Assembly (NCBI RefSeq): GCF_004010195.1
Contig: NC_057759.1
Location: forward strand, 5,609,725-5,673,724
Source of the DNA: Chiloscyllium plagiosum
Taxonomy: Eukaryota
DNA: 64,000 bases
Direction: 5' to 3'
The number at the start of each line of letters is the position of its first letter. Position 1 is the first letter of the stretch. The position numbers and the translations under genes were made by a program. The notes below the pieces were generated by a model. That model was not told the origin of the DNA and did not search any database. It worked only from the letters and a program-made list of their open reading frames with translations. This document shows positions 37,672 through 50,689 of the stretch, in pieces.

Positions 37672-39610
37672 TGGAGTAATAGAGGTGTATAGCATGGAAA
37701 CAGACTCTTCAGTACAACCCATCCATGCAGGCCAGATATCCCAACCCAATCTAGTCCCACCTGCCAGCACCCGGCCCAAATCCCTCCAAACCCTTCCTAT
37801 TCATGTACCCATCCAAATAGCTTTTGAATGTTGCAATACCAGCCTCCACCACTTCCTCTGGTGGCTCATTCCATACACCTACGACCCTTTGTGTGAAAAA
37901 GTTGCCCCTTAAGTCTCTTTTACGTCTTTCTCCTCTTACCCTAAACCTGTGCCCTCTAGTTCTGGACTCCCTGATGCTCCATGCCCCTTATGATTTTATA
38001 AACCTCTATAAGGTCAACCCTCAACCTCTGACGCTCCAGGGAAAACAGCAATAGCTTGTTCAGCCTCACCCTATAGCTCAAATCCTCCAACCCTGGCAAC
38101 ACCCTTGTAAATCTTTTCTGAACCCTTTCAAGTTTCACAACATCTTTCCGATAGGAAGGAGACCAGAGTTGTACACAATATTCCAACAGCGACCTGACCA
38201 ATGTCCTGTACAGCCACAAAATGCCCTCCCAACTCCTGTACTCAATACTCTGACCAATAAAGGAAAGCATACCAAAAACCTTCTTTACTATCCTATCTAC
38301 CTGCGACTCCACTCTCAAGGAGCTATGAACCTACACTCCAAGGTCTTTGTTCAGCAAAACTCTTGAAGACCTTACCATTAAGTGTATAAGTCCTGCTAAG
38401 ATTTGCTTTCCCAAAATGCAGCACCTCGCATTTATCTGAATTAAACGCCACTTCTCAGGCCATCTGGTCAAGATCCAGCTGTAATCTGAGGTAACCTTCT
38501 TCGCTGTCCACTACAGCTCCAATTTTGGTGTCGTCTGCAAACTTACCAACTGTATCTCTTATGCTCACATCCAAATCATTTATGTAAATGACAAAATGTA
38601 GAGGACCCAGCACTAATGCTTGTGGCACGCCACTGGTCACAGGCCTCCAGTCTGAAAAACAACCCTCCACCACCATCTGATTTCTGTATCCAAATGGCTA
38701 GTTCTCCCTGTATTCCAAGAGATCTAACCTTGGTAACCAGTCTTCCATGGGGAACCTTGTCAAACGCCTTACTGAAGTCCATATAGATCATATATAGATC
38801 AGACTTCATTCTGCCTTCAAAAAACTCAATCAAGTTTGTGAGACATCATTTCCCACACACAAAGCCACGTTGACTATCCATCCTTCCTTTCCAAATACAT
38901 GTAAATCCAGCCCCTCAGGATTACCTTCAGTAACTTGCCCACCTCAGGCTCACCCTTCTTAAACAGTGGCACCATGTTAGCCAAACTCCAGTCTTCCAGC
39001 ACCTCACCTGTGACTATCGATGACACAAATATCTCAACAAGACATCCAGCAATCAATTCCCTAGTTTCCCATAGAGTTCTACGGTGCACCTGATCAGTTC
39101 CTGGGGATTTATCCACCTTTATGCGTTTCAAGACATCCAGCACTTCCTCCTCTGTAATATGGGTATTTTTCAAGATGTCACCATCTATTTCCCTACAATC
39201 TATATCTTCTGTGTCCTTTTCCACACTAAATATTAATGCAAAATACTCGATTAGTATCTCCACCATTTTTGGCAGCTCCACACAAAGGTCGCCTTGCTGA
39301 TCTTTGAGGGGCCCCTATTCTCTCCCTAGTTACACTTTTGTCTTTAATGTATTTGTAAAACCCTTTTGATTCTCCTTAATTCTATTTGCCAAAGCTTTCT
39401 CATGTCCCCTTTGTGCCCTCCTGATGTCCCTCTTCAGTATACCCCTACTGCCTTTATACTCTTCTAAGGATTCACTCGATCGAGCCTGTCTATACCTTAC
39501 ATATGCTTCCTTCTTTTTCTTAACCAAGCCTTTAATATCTGTAGTCATCCAGCATTCCCTATACCTACCAGCCTTTCCTTTCACCCTAACAGGAATGTAC
39601 CTTCTCTGGA
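37672..39610 (-). mobile_element. CR1 LINE ORF2 (RT) to 3' end, disrupted
   Basis: SPGTD, YMDFSKAFDKVPH, GVPQ, KFADD, LYRTLVR. Confidence 0.93.
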
Positions 39611-41094
39611 TTCTAAATTTGGCACAAATCCTTCCTGTTCATTTACTGCTCCGGGCTCCTTTTAAATGTTATAATTGTTCCCACCTTCATCACTTCGTCT
39701 GGAAGCTCATTCCATATGCACATCACCCTGTGCATGAAAAAGTTGTTCCTCGGGTTATTTTTTAAATCGTTGCCCCCTCACCTTAAACCTATGCCCTCTA
39801 TGTTCCCCCACCCAAGGAAAAAGACCATGGCTTTTCATCCCATCAACGCCCCTCAGGATTTCACAAGCAGCTGTAAAAATCACCCCTCAGCTTCCGATGC
39901 TCAAGGGAAAAAAGTCCCATCCTATTCAGCCTCTCCTGAATTAACAAGTACCGATGGATCCTCCTCTGAACAACGTCCTCTTTTTCAATGCAAAACATAC
40001 TCTGTTGCTTGCAAATCGGCGGGCTTTTCAAATGGGAAAGTTGTTGATGATTGGCGCTGGCTGCAAGAGAAGGGAACGTGCCCTCTCTACTCCCTGCCTC
40101 TTGGGAGCATATTAACCACCGGTGATTTTTTTTCTCTCTCTGTTTGCTGCTATTTGCTCAAGTTACTCTCTAATATTTGATTATTCCAGGAGCTGCAAGT
40201 CCCGGTTGGGATGTTAGCCCTGAGTGTCACCACTGGGAAACAAAAGAAGTGCCCCTTTTCTTACAGACCCACGGGGTAGATACATTACACTGATTTTTTT
40301 TCCAATTTCCAAAACTCCGTGCGGGTTCTGTCGGGTGGGAATGATGATTGAATGATGTAAATGAGGTTTTCTGCTGTCGGCTAGAAGCTTTCAAAATGAA
40401 CCGAGATCAAACCAGAACACTTGGCGGACTGGAATTGTTCATGTGGTGCTTTTGCGATAAGGGACCACGATATTAAAATAATATCTAAAGGTGGTGTTCG
40501 TTAGTAATGTGCTCACGGCCAAAAACGGTCATGAAATCTTGACAAGACTGAATGAGGGCATTCGGCCCATCGCGTCTGAACCTTCCCTCCGAAGAGAATC
40601 TCAAATCCTTTAAAAAGCTTCTGGACTCATTACCAGAAAGAAAGATCGTGTGAATTGTATTTTTAAAAACGAAAAGCAAATTAATGAGTAAGTACGAATG
40701 CGGTGTTTTCTGTAAAACGACCCTCTCTGATCTACATCGTGGCGGGATTTTCAAATTTGAAAGAAAACGGTTGATGACTTGGCGCCATTTTTTCCCGCCT
40801 GTTTTCTCAGCAATGATCTTGTTACAGCTAGTGGGAAGACCAAGGGAGACAATGAGGAGAAAGGAGATTTCATCTGGAACTAACACTTCCCTACCTAATA
40901 TATTGTGTAAAAATTACATCGCAATGTTCTAATCACTGCCGCTGAAAGCCGAGTGTTTTCCAACTACCTCCCCCGGCTAGGTTAGATTCAAAGTATATTT
41001 AAATAACAACAGAATTGACTTAGTTCGGCAAGAGCAAATTACTGTTATGTTCTCAGGTCCACTATCGATTCCCGCTCTCTCTGGATGGTTTAGT

Positions 41095-41110
41095 GGCTCT
41101 GAAAAGAGCC
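41095..41110 (-). terminator. Histone 3' stem-loop of H3
   Basis: GGCTCT-TTTC-AGAGCC; downstream AGAGAGCGG is HDE-like. Confidence 0.95.
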
Positions 41111-41162
41111 GTTGTGTTTCTCTTTCTCGGGGTGAATATGTGCAGGGCCGGCCAGGCTCCGT

Positions 41163-41501
<339 letters not shown>

Positions 41502-42325
41502 NNNNNNNNNNNNNNNNNNNNACAGAAAAGGCAGGAAAAGAATTGTTGGAGGCTGATTGGGTAACGTGAAATGACAGTTGGTCAGTTTGAAAATGCCCGC
41601 CGAACTCACTCTGACAAACCCTGAGATTAAATTAAACATTCAAACGCAAAACACCATCCGTCTACAACTAAAATAAAATTTAATATTTTATAGTAACTAT
41701 TTAAAACCGAGTTAGCTGTCAGCGCGGACAGGAGGCGGGATCATTGCCTGATCTGTCTGTAACAGGCGGGAGGAAAGGCGGGGTTAAAACAGCCCAGACA
41801 AACTGAACAACCGAACTTGTACCGACCGTGAATCAATCTAAACAACCCCGCCAATTTAAACACCTTAAAAACTAATGCAGTGTACACCGATAAAAGGACA
41901 GAATCTCACTTTATCTGTTATTTTTTATTACCCCCAGATTGTAAATAGCCCGAAGACAATGTGGAATTGCTGCGTGAACTGTCTGTAACAGGCAGATGGA
42001 AGGAACACGCCATGAAAACATGCGCAGCGTCCCAGAATCAAAACTGAACAAAGTAACATTCCTGAACTGGTCAATGAAATACAAACACTACAATGTGTCA
42101 TATTCTTGACTCGGTAGGGTTATAAGTCGCGAAGTGAAATAACAAGATGGAGATCAATAAACCCTCCCTGTGTGATACCTTCCCCATTCACAGGTCTCCA
42201 CTTTAGTAAACCATGGCATGAGTGTGTATTCGAGTTATTCAGATCAATTAATATCTAAGGTAGGTCTGCGCTCGGCGCCGGGAAACATTGGATCCGGGCT
42301 CAGCTCTTTCCTGAGAGATGTGGGT

Positions 42326-42341
42326 GGCTCTGATAAGAGCC
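42326..42341 (-). terminator. Histone 3' stem-loop of H1 (loop TATC) with HDE AAAGAGCTG at 42301-42309
   Basis: GGCTCT-TATC-AGAGCC-ACCCA. Confidence 0.9.
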
Positions 42342-42369
42342 TTTGGGTTCAGATGTTACACCGACTGGT

Positions 42370-43015
42370 TCATTTCTTTGTTGCTGTCTTGGTCACTTTC
42401 GCTTTGGGCTTGGCCTTGCCTTTAGCCGGTTTGCTGAGGGGTTTGGGGGCTTTAGGGCCCTTGGCCTTTTTCACCTTCTTCACGGGAGTCCGTTTCTTTG
42501 GCGCTGCTTTGCTCACCGCTTTCTTTGGCGGTGCCGGCTTCTTACCGCTGGCTTTCTTGGCTGGAGATTTCTTGACTGTCGCTTTCTTGGCCTTAGATTT
42601 CTTCGCTGTCACCTTCTTGGCCGGTGATTTCTTCACGGCCGGTTTCTTGGCGGATGTTCCCGCCTTCTTTCCCGCTTTTGCCTTGACTGGATTCTTAGGG
42701 AGTTTGAAGGAGCCGGAGACGCCCTGGCCCTTGACCAGAACAAGGGAGCCGTTCGCCAGGCACCTCCTGATACTCATCTTGATCTGTGCCTTTCGCTTTC
42801 CCACATCGATCCCGCTTCTCTCCAGCCCCTTCTTTACAGCGGACAGAGACGCCCCTTTGCGATCCTTGATATCTCCGACAACCTTCAGAATCAGCTCTCC
42901 CAATCCAGGACCGGGTGTTTTTTTTCCTGGGAGCCGCCGCCTTCTTCTTGGGAGCCTTGGCTTTGGTGGGAGCGGAGGCTGGAGGAGCCGTTTCGGCGGC
43001 TGCACTGTCGCTCAT
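42370..43015 (-). pseudogene. H1: Histone H1 with +1 frameshift in an A8 run (pseudogene or assembly error)
   Basis: N-terminus MSDSAAAETAPPASAPTKAKAPKKK in one frame; globular domain (ELILKVV..RKGASLSAVKK..KGQGVSGSFKL) and K/A/P tail in another; shift at 42918-42925. Confidence 0.85.
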
Positions 43016-43978
43016 GTTGAGAACTCTGCGCTGAATCTCTCTCTGGGTCAGTCTGAACTGGGTCAGCACTGAAGAGTTTGCAAAGGGTTAGGAATCACGT
43101 GCAGAGTGGATAAGGGGGTCAGATTTCACTCCTTTAAGGACCATCGCAGGCAGGAACAGGAGAAGGCCATTCGGCCTCTCAAGCCTTCTCATCCATTCAA
43201 TAGCATCGTGGCTAATGCACCATTCCTCATGCTCACTTTCCTGCACGTAACATGTAACCCTCAATTCCCTGACTGATCAAGAATCTATGTATCTATTTCA
43301 GCCTTAAACCTGCTCCTGTCCCCACACACAGCTCTCTGTGGCAAGGAATTCCAAGGACACTCAACCCTCTGAGAGAAGAAATTCCTCCTCACCTCAATCT
43401 TCAATTTTGAACCAGATGATTGTTTGTTCCTGACAACAGTCACCAACTCCAGATCTGTTTCTGTTTAAAATCGCACTTCAAATCCACCACCTGCCACAGC
43501 AAGATTCACATTCACATCTGCAGGGCAAACCCTGGGGAGCTGAAAACATAAGATTTTGTTTCCCCATTATTTCAGAAACTGAAAGTGAATCTCATCAAAA
43601 TTGAGACCAGAATAAATTGCCCCACCATTGAGCTAAACATTGATGTCGACAGAATCCATACAGTGTGGAAAGAGACCATTCAGCCCATCCAGTCTGTCCC
43701 AAGCCAGTGAAGATAATCCCACCCAGTCCTGACCCTACCCTCTGTAACCCTGCATTACCCATGGCCTATCCCCCTAACCTGCACATCATTGTATCCTACA
43801 GCGTGGAAGCAGGCCTTTTGGCCTATCACATCCATATATTGATCCTCTGGCCCAGACCCACCACCTCTCCAATCCCTGTAACCCTGCATTTCCCATCACT
43901 AAACCTCCCAGCGTGCATAACTGTCACACACTGGGCAACTTAGCAAGGCCAATCCATCTGAACTGCACATCTTTCGAC

Positions 43979-46900
43979 TGTGGGAGGAAACCGGAGCACC
44001 CATGCAGAGAAGGGGAGAATGTGCAAACTCCCAATAAACAGTCACCCGTGACTGGAATTGTTCCTGGATTCCTGGCGCTGTGTGGCAGCAATGCTAACCA
44101 CTGAGCCACTGTGCCACCCAATGTTTTTGCCACTGGCCATGCCGGGGTTGGTTAGCTCAGTTGATTCTATAGTAGGCTTACAATGTACAGTCACATTGAC
44201 AGCATGCGTTCAATTGCTGCTCTGGTTGAGATTGCTGTGAGTGATCATTCCCTGTGCTTTAGATGTGGTGTCCCTCAGGTTAAACCATAAAACAGCTGTT
44301 TGCTTTTTCTCCTCCACACCTCTTTCTCCCTCTCTCTAATGAGACAATGGTGACTTTACATTAACCGCCTGCTAAAAACATAACTTTGCTGATTAAAAAT
44401 TAACTGCCCTCTTTTTCACTGCAAAATAACTTGTATGTTTCCTCCCTGATGCACTATTGGAGTGAGCTGTAAATAAAAGAAAAGACACTTTACCAACGGT
44501 ACATATCTAAATGAAGTGGGAGAGGGTGCACGGGGAGAATTACCAGTATATTGCCTTGGGGCTGGAGAGTTTCAGTGATTGAGAGAGGTTGGACAGGCTG
44601 GGATTGTTGTCCCTACAGCCAGGTAGATTGAAAGAGGGATGTATAAAATGATGAGGGATGAAGACAGGGGAGGCAGGAAGAAACTTTCCTCGCTTGATGG
44701 AGGTGGGGGAGGGGTATAGATTGAAGGTAAGGGTCAGGAGGTTTTGAAGGGATGTGAGGAAAATCTTGTTCACCCAGAGGGTGGTGTGCAATCTGGAAGT
44801 CACTGCCTGTAAGGGTGGGAGACGCAGAAACTCTCATCACATTGAAGGAGGATTTAAATGTGCACTCATGACGCCAAGGCTATGGAGCCAAGTGCTGGGG
44901 AAATGGGATAAGAGAATATCAAGGTGGTTGTTTCTGACCAGCACAGACTCGGGCCATTTTCAGGGCTGCAGACTTCTCAGAAATTATGACTAACTCACTT
45001 TGAGATGTATAAACTACATCCAAGATACCATCTAGCGTGATTTTGTACATTTCATGTTCTGAGATGAGGGGCTTGTCATCGAAAGAGAGATTCAGCAGTT
45101 AAGGCCAATATGCTCTGGAGTTTAGAGAAATAAGGGAGATCCAACTGAGGGATATAGGGTGGTAAAGGAGGTGGGATTGACAAAGGAGACAGAGAGGATG
45201 TTTCCTCAGTTGTGACAATTTCGAACGAGAGGGTCATTGTTTCAGGAGAAGGGGATGGGACAGATTGAAATGAGAGATGTTAAGAAATGGCTTCTCCCCA
45301 AGGAAGGGGGGGATGGGAATCTCTGGGAAATCACTTCCCAGTATGTGCGTGCATGTCGGGACACTGAATAAATTGAAGGAGGGGGCACACAGATTGTTAA
45401 TCAGTGAGGGGTTAAAGGGAGGGGGGCAGGAAACTGCAGTGAGGCTGGGATGAGATCAGCTGCAGCTGTATAGAATGGGGGAAGCAGGGTCCCGTGGGCT
45501 CCTAGCCTTTATGTTGTGTTGACCGTCCAGCTGCCTGAACACATTTTAGTGTGGCTGGCTCATAGAACATGCTCAGAAAGCTCTGAATCGGAGGACCTAA
45601 ACTGTGTGGTGCATCACAGTCTATGAATGGGCGGAATGGTGGTTAGCAGAGATTCCCACCCCCTCTGCCTTGGAGAGAAGCCATTTCTCAACATCTCTCA
45701 TTTCAATCTGTTCCACCCCCTTCTCCTGAAACAATGACCCTCGTTCGAAATTGTCACACCTGAGGAAACATCCTCCATGTCTCTTTTGTCAATCCCACAT
45801 CGTTTACCACCCTATATCCCTCAGTTGGATCTCCCTTATTCCTCTAAACTCCAGAGCATTTTGGCCTTAACTGCTGAATCTCTCTTTCAATGACAAACAC
45901 CCCATCTCTGAACATGAAATGTACAAAATCATACTAGATGGTATCTACCATCTCAATTCACATCTCAAAGTGAATTTGTCATAATCTCTGAGAAGTCTGC
46001 AGCCCAGAAAATGGCCCGAGTCTGTGCTGGTCAGAAACAACCACCTCGATATTCTATTATCCCATTTCCCCAGCACTTGGCTCCATAGCCTTGGCGTCAC
46101 GAGTGCACAATGAAATCCTCCTTCAATGTGATGAGAGTTTCTGCGACTCCCATCCTTATAGGCAGTGACTTGCAGATTGCACACCACCCTCTGGGTGAAC
46201 AAGGTTTTCCTCACATCCCTTCAAAACCTCCTGGCCCTTACCTTCAATCTATACCCCCTCCCCCCCACCTCTGTTAAGCGGGGAAAGTTTCTTCCTGCCT
46301 CCCCTATCTTCATCCCTCATCATTTTATACATTCCTCTCTTTCAATCTACCCGGCTGTAGGGACAACAAACCCAGTCTGTCCAACCTCTCTCAATCACTG
46401 AAACTCTCCAGCCCCAAGGCAATATGCTGGTAAATCTCCCTGTGCACCCTCTCCCACTTCATTTAGATATGTACCATTGGTAAAGTGTCTTTTCTTTTAC
46501 TTATAGCTCACTCCAGTAGTGCATCAGGGAGGAAACATACAAGTTATTTTGCAGTGAAAAAGAGGGCAGTTAATTTTTAATCAGCAAAGTTAACCCAAAC
46601 TTCCTTCCAACGCTTCCAGAGATTTGTTTTTGTTGATCTTCCCAATCAGACAAATACCAGCATGAACGCTGACCAATACGTGATGATGTAGGATCAGCAA
46701 GTTATTTTGCAGTGAAAAAGAGGGCAGTTAATTTTTAATCAACAAAGTTATGTTTTTAGCAGACGGTTAATGTAAAGTCACCATTGTGTCATTAGAGAGA
46801 GGGAGAAAGGGGTGTGGGGGAGAAAAAGCAAACAGCTGTTTTATGGTTTAACCTGAGGGGCAACACATCGAAGACACAGGGAATGATCATTCACAGCAAT

Positions 46901-47441
46901 CTCAACCAGAGCAGCAATTGAACGCATGCTGTCAATGTGACTGTACATTGTAAGCCTACTATAGAATCATGATTCGGACCTTCAACATAATTTCTAGCTA
47001 TCACCATTGTTAACAGCTAACCCAAGAATGCAACTTTAAAAAAAAGGGTTTAGTGATTTACACATGAAAGAAGTGAAACTATCACTGTATTCTAACAGAT
47101 GAAAGGCTTAACAGACAATCAATTCTTCAATGTATAATTTCAGTTACATCACACTGTAAATTTTTGCTATAAATTATCTCAACCAGAGCAGCAATTGAAC
47201 GCATGCTGTCAATGTGACTGTACATTGTAAGCCTACTATAGAATCAACTGAGCTAACCAACCCCGGCATGGCCAGTGGCAAAAACATTGGGTGGCACAGT
47301 GGCTCAGTGGTTAGCATTGCTGCCTCACAGCACCAGGGACCCAGGAACAATTCCTGCCACGGGTGACTGTTTATTGGGAGTTTGCACATTCTCCCCTTCC
47401 CTGCATGGGTTTTCTCCGGGTGCTCCGGTTTCCTCCCACAG
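43979..47441. repeat. Inverted repeat: arms about 43979-45326 and 45647-47441, spacer about 320 bp
   Basis: Continuous reverse-complement match, e.g. ORFs 44754-44993(+) and 45945-46214(-) are near-identical; arms are made of SINE and CR1 fragments. Confidence 0.92.
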
Positions 47442-47864
47442 GGAAGACAGGGTATAGAAATTGAAAGCGTTTCTACTGGTTGGGGATCCTTTAACGAGGG
47501 AGGGCATAGCTGGAGAATTAGGGCCAGGAGAGATGTTCGGAAGTACTACTACCCACAAAGGCTGGGAGAGGTTTGGGACTCTCTTCCACAAACAGCAGCA
47601 TTGCTGGATCAGTTGTTAGTTTTAAATCTGACAGATTTTTTTTTGTTGTTCAGCAAAGTTGTTCAAGGGGATAGGGGCCAGAGGCAGGTTTATTGAGTCA
47701 GGTCACAGATCTGCCATTGAATGGTGGAACAGTATCAAGGGGCTGAATGGCTTCCTCCTGCTCCTTTATACGAATATTCCAGCTAAATAAATCATGGAAT
47801 CCCCGGCAGTTATAAAGTGGCATTTCCACACACCGGAGCAATTAGTGATTTCAAACAGAAACTG

Positions 47865-47902
47865 GAGAATCGACGTTTCGGGCATGAGCCCTTCTTCAGG
47901 AA
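47865..47902 (-). ncRNA. Minimal hammerhead ribozyme motif (Penelope-derived)
   Basis: CTGAAGA-A-GGGC-TCAT-GCCC-GAAA-CGTC-GA: complete core with stem II. Confidence 0.65.
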
Positions 47903-48129
47903 TTCCACACACCAGAGCAATTAATGGTTTCAAATAGAAACTGAAAGCCGAAATATTTTACTTTCACATGTTCCAGATTCCCACCATCCTCTGGGTGAAA
48001 CAGTCCTCAAATCCCTCTCTCAACCTCTTTCCCTTCACTTTAAAAATGATGACCCCCTTGTTACTGACCCTTTGACTAAGGGAAACAGCTGCTTCCTGTC
48101 CCCCTGTCCATGTCCCTCATAATAGCATC

Positions 48130-48690
48130 GTAGAGTCATAGAGCAAGGAAACAGACCCTTCAGTCCAACTATTCCATGCCGTCCATAATCTCAACCTAAA
48201 CTAGTGCCACTTGTTTGCACTTGGCCCATATCTCTCCAAACCTTTCCTGTTCTTGTACTTATTGATGCCCCCCACCCTAGTGAAAAGACATTCACCTCAT
48301 CTATGCCCACCATGATTTCATAAAACTCTATACCCCTCAAACTTCTACTCTCCAGTGATAATAGTCCCAGCCCATCCAGCCTGTCCTTATAACTCAAATG
48401 CTCCATTCCCAACAACATACTGATATATCTTTTCTGAACCCTCTCCAGCTTAATAATGTCCTTTCTCTAACAGGGCAACCAGAACTGGACACAATACACC
48501 AGAACAGGCTTCACCAATGTCCTGTACAACCACAACATGGTGTCCGAACTCCAACACTCAATGGTCTGAGCAATGAAGGCAAGTGTTCTAAACACCTTCT
48601 CAAACACCCTGTCTACCTGTGACACAAACCCCAAAGAATTATGTACCTGAACCCTTAGGTCTCTCTGCTGTACAACACTACCGATCTTAC
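48130..48690 (-). mobile_element. CR1 LINE 3' fragment
   Basis: LYRTLVKPVLVYCVQFW. Confidence 0.8.
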
Positions 48691-49789
48691 AGACCTCTAT
48701 CATGACCCCTCCACCATCAACCTTCTCTGTTGTTCAGGAAATAACCCAAACTTCCTTCCAACGCTTCCAGAGATTTGTTTTTGTTGATCTTCCCAATCAG
48801 ACGAATACCAGCATGAACGCTGACCAATACGTGATGATGTAGGATCAGCAGCTCACAGATTCACACTCACCATTCAAAAGACTTGACACGATTGCTGCAT
48901 ATTCGAAATTTTTTGCTGGTCTGTCCTCACTCATGCCCTCAGCTCGATTTCCCATCATCTCCCTTGGAATGAAATAGTTCCAGACCATTACCCAACCAAG
49001 TCCCAATCCCACTCATGACAACTATTTGTTGCTGTTCGCGAGTAAAAATCCCTGGCAACAAGGTCACTGAGCCAAGGTCCCAAGGAATGACCTCCTGGAA
49101 TTGTCCGGAATCTGGTTCAGAACTTCTATGTTCATAGAATCATAGAATTTTACTGTACAGAAGGAGGCCATTTGTGTCTATACCAGTTCCGGAAAGAGCT
49201 ACCCAGCTAGTCCCACTCTCCAGCCCTGTCTCTATAGCCATCTAACGTCATCCCTTTCAGCTCTCTCTGTAGCTCTCTTTTCGAACCTCCTATGGAATCC
49301 GCCTCCCAAGGAGCACATTCCAAACTCAACAACCCAATAAGTTTCTCCTCATCTCACTCTCTCACTGACAATCTTAAAATTCTAGCTAGCCAGTTACTAA
49401 TAAACCAATGAGTGGGATACAATAACTTGCTTTCGTGTCAGAATTGTTCAAATTTTCAACACCTCAATAAGGTCACCACTTCATCTAAAAATCCCTCATC
49501 GTTGGTATCATTCTCATACATCTCCTTCACACTGTCTCCAAAGTTTGAACAGCCTTCCTTAAATAAGGTGTCCAGAACAGAACAAAACCAGCCTGGGTAA
49601 CAGAGTGCCAACTCCCTTTGTCAAATGTATTTCTAAATTCAGCTTCTGTTGCCTGTGACGGTAAGGGGTTATACACTTACAAAGAAATACCCAACAGATC
49701 AAAGGCTTATCTCCAATATGATCTACTATTCTCCATTCAATACCTGTGCTGTCACCGGAGTTAATTTCTTTTCTGCCCTCTGCTTTGTG

Positions 49790-50000
49790 TTGGGTGTTGG
49801 TTTAGCTCATTTGGCTGGATGGCTGCTTTGAAATATGGAGTAAGATTGACGCGTGGGTTTCAATCTCTCACTGGCTGAGGTTACCATGAAGGATTCACCT
49901 TCTCCATCTCTCCCCTTGTGTGTGGCATGGTAACCCTCAGGTTAAAGGACCACCTATCAGTCATCAGTCTCTTCCCCTCTTTCTCTCGCTCCCTCTCTCT
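49790..50000 (+). mobile_element. tRNA-derived SINE of a second family (also at about 44130-44360 and its inverted copy)
   Basis: TTAGCTCA A-box-like head and shared CCCTCAGGTTAAA core; family assignment uncertain. Confidence 0.5.
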
Positions 50001-50689
50001 CTGACACTCCAGCTGAGTTCCACCAGTGTGTTGTACATTTTCAACATCACTTCCTTGTTCTCAATCTCTATGCCCCTATTAATAAAGCTGAGGATGCTGT
50101 GTGTTTTATTAACTGCTCTCCTCTTATTATGCCTCCTTCACTGATCAAACGGATTACCAGCATTACCTGCTGGAGTGTCTCACCCACCTTGTTTCCTGTT
50201 CCAGAGTTGAATGGGAAGCAATGTGATGAGAGAAAGGGCCAGAAACTGTGGGATAATGAGTGCTGCCATCTCAGCGCTGTATTCCTGTGTTGGATTCAGA
50301 GAGGGATTTCCTGTCAATAACAGTATCCCTTCAGCAAACACCAACCCCAGTGTTTCCTGTTCCCTGTTGCCCTTACCCCTTGCCAACACCCGTCTATTTG
50401 GATGGAAACCCTTGTATCTATGAAATTCACTCCCAACCCGACATCACTGGTTCTGTGCAGCCATGCCCATTAACAACATCCCACCAATCCAATCCAGACT
50501 ATTTGATGCTAAACTCAAAAGATCACTCTGCACCCACTCTCTAGAAATTACTGTCCCTCATTTTCATGGGGGACAGTATATATCGAGGCAAAAACTTCCC
50601 TCTGTCCTCCACCTGTCAGCGGCAATTGGGCCATTCACAGAGAAATATTGAAAATATCATCAGGAGGAGGCCATTTGGCCCCTCTGTAA

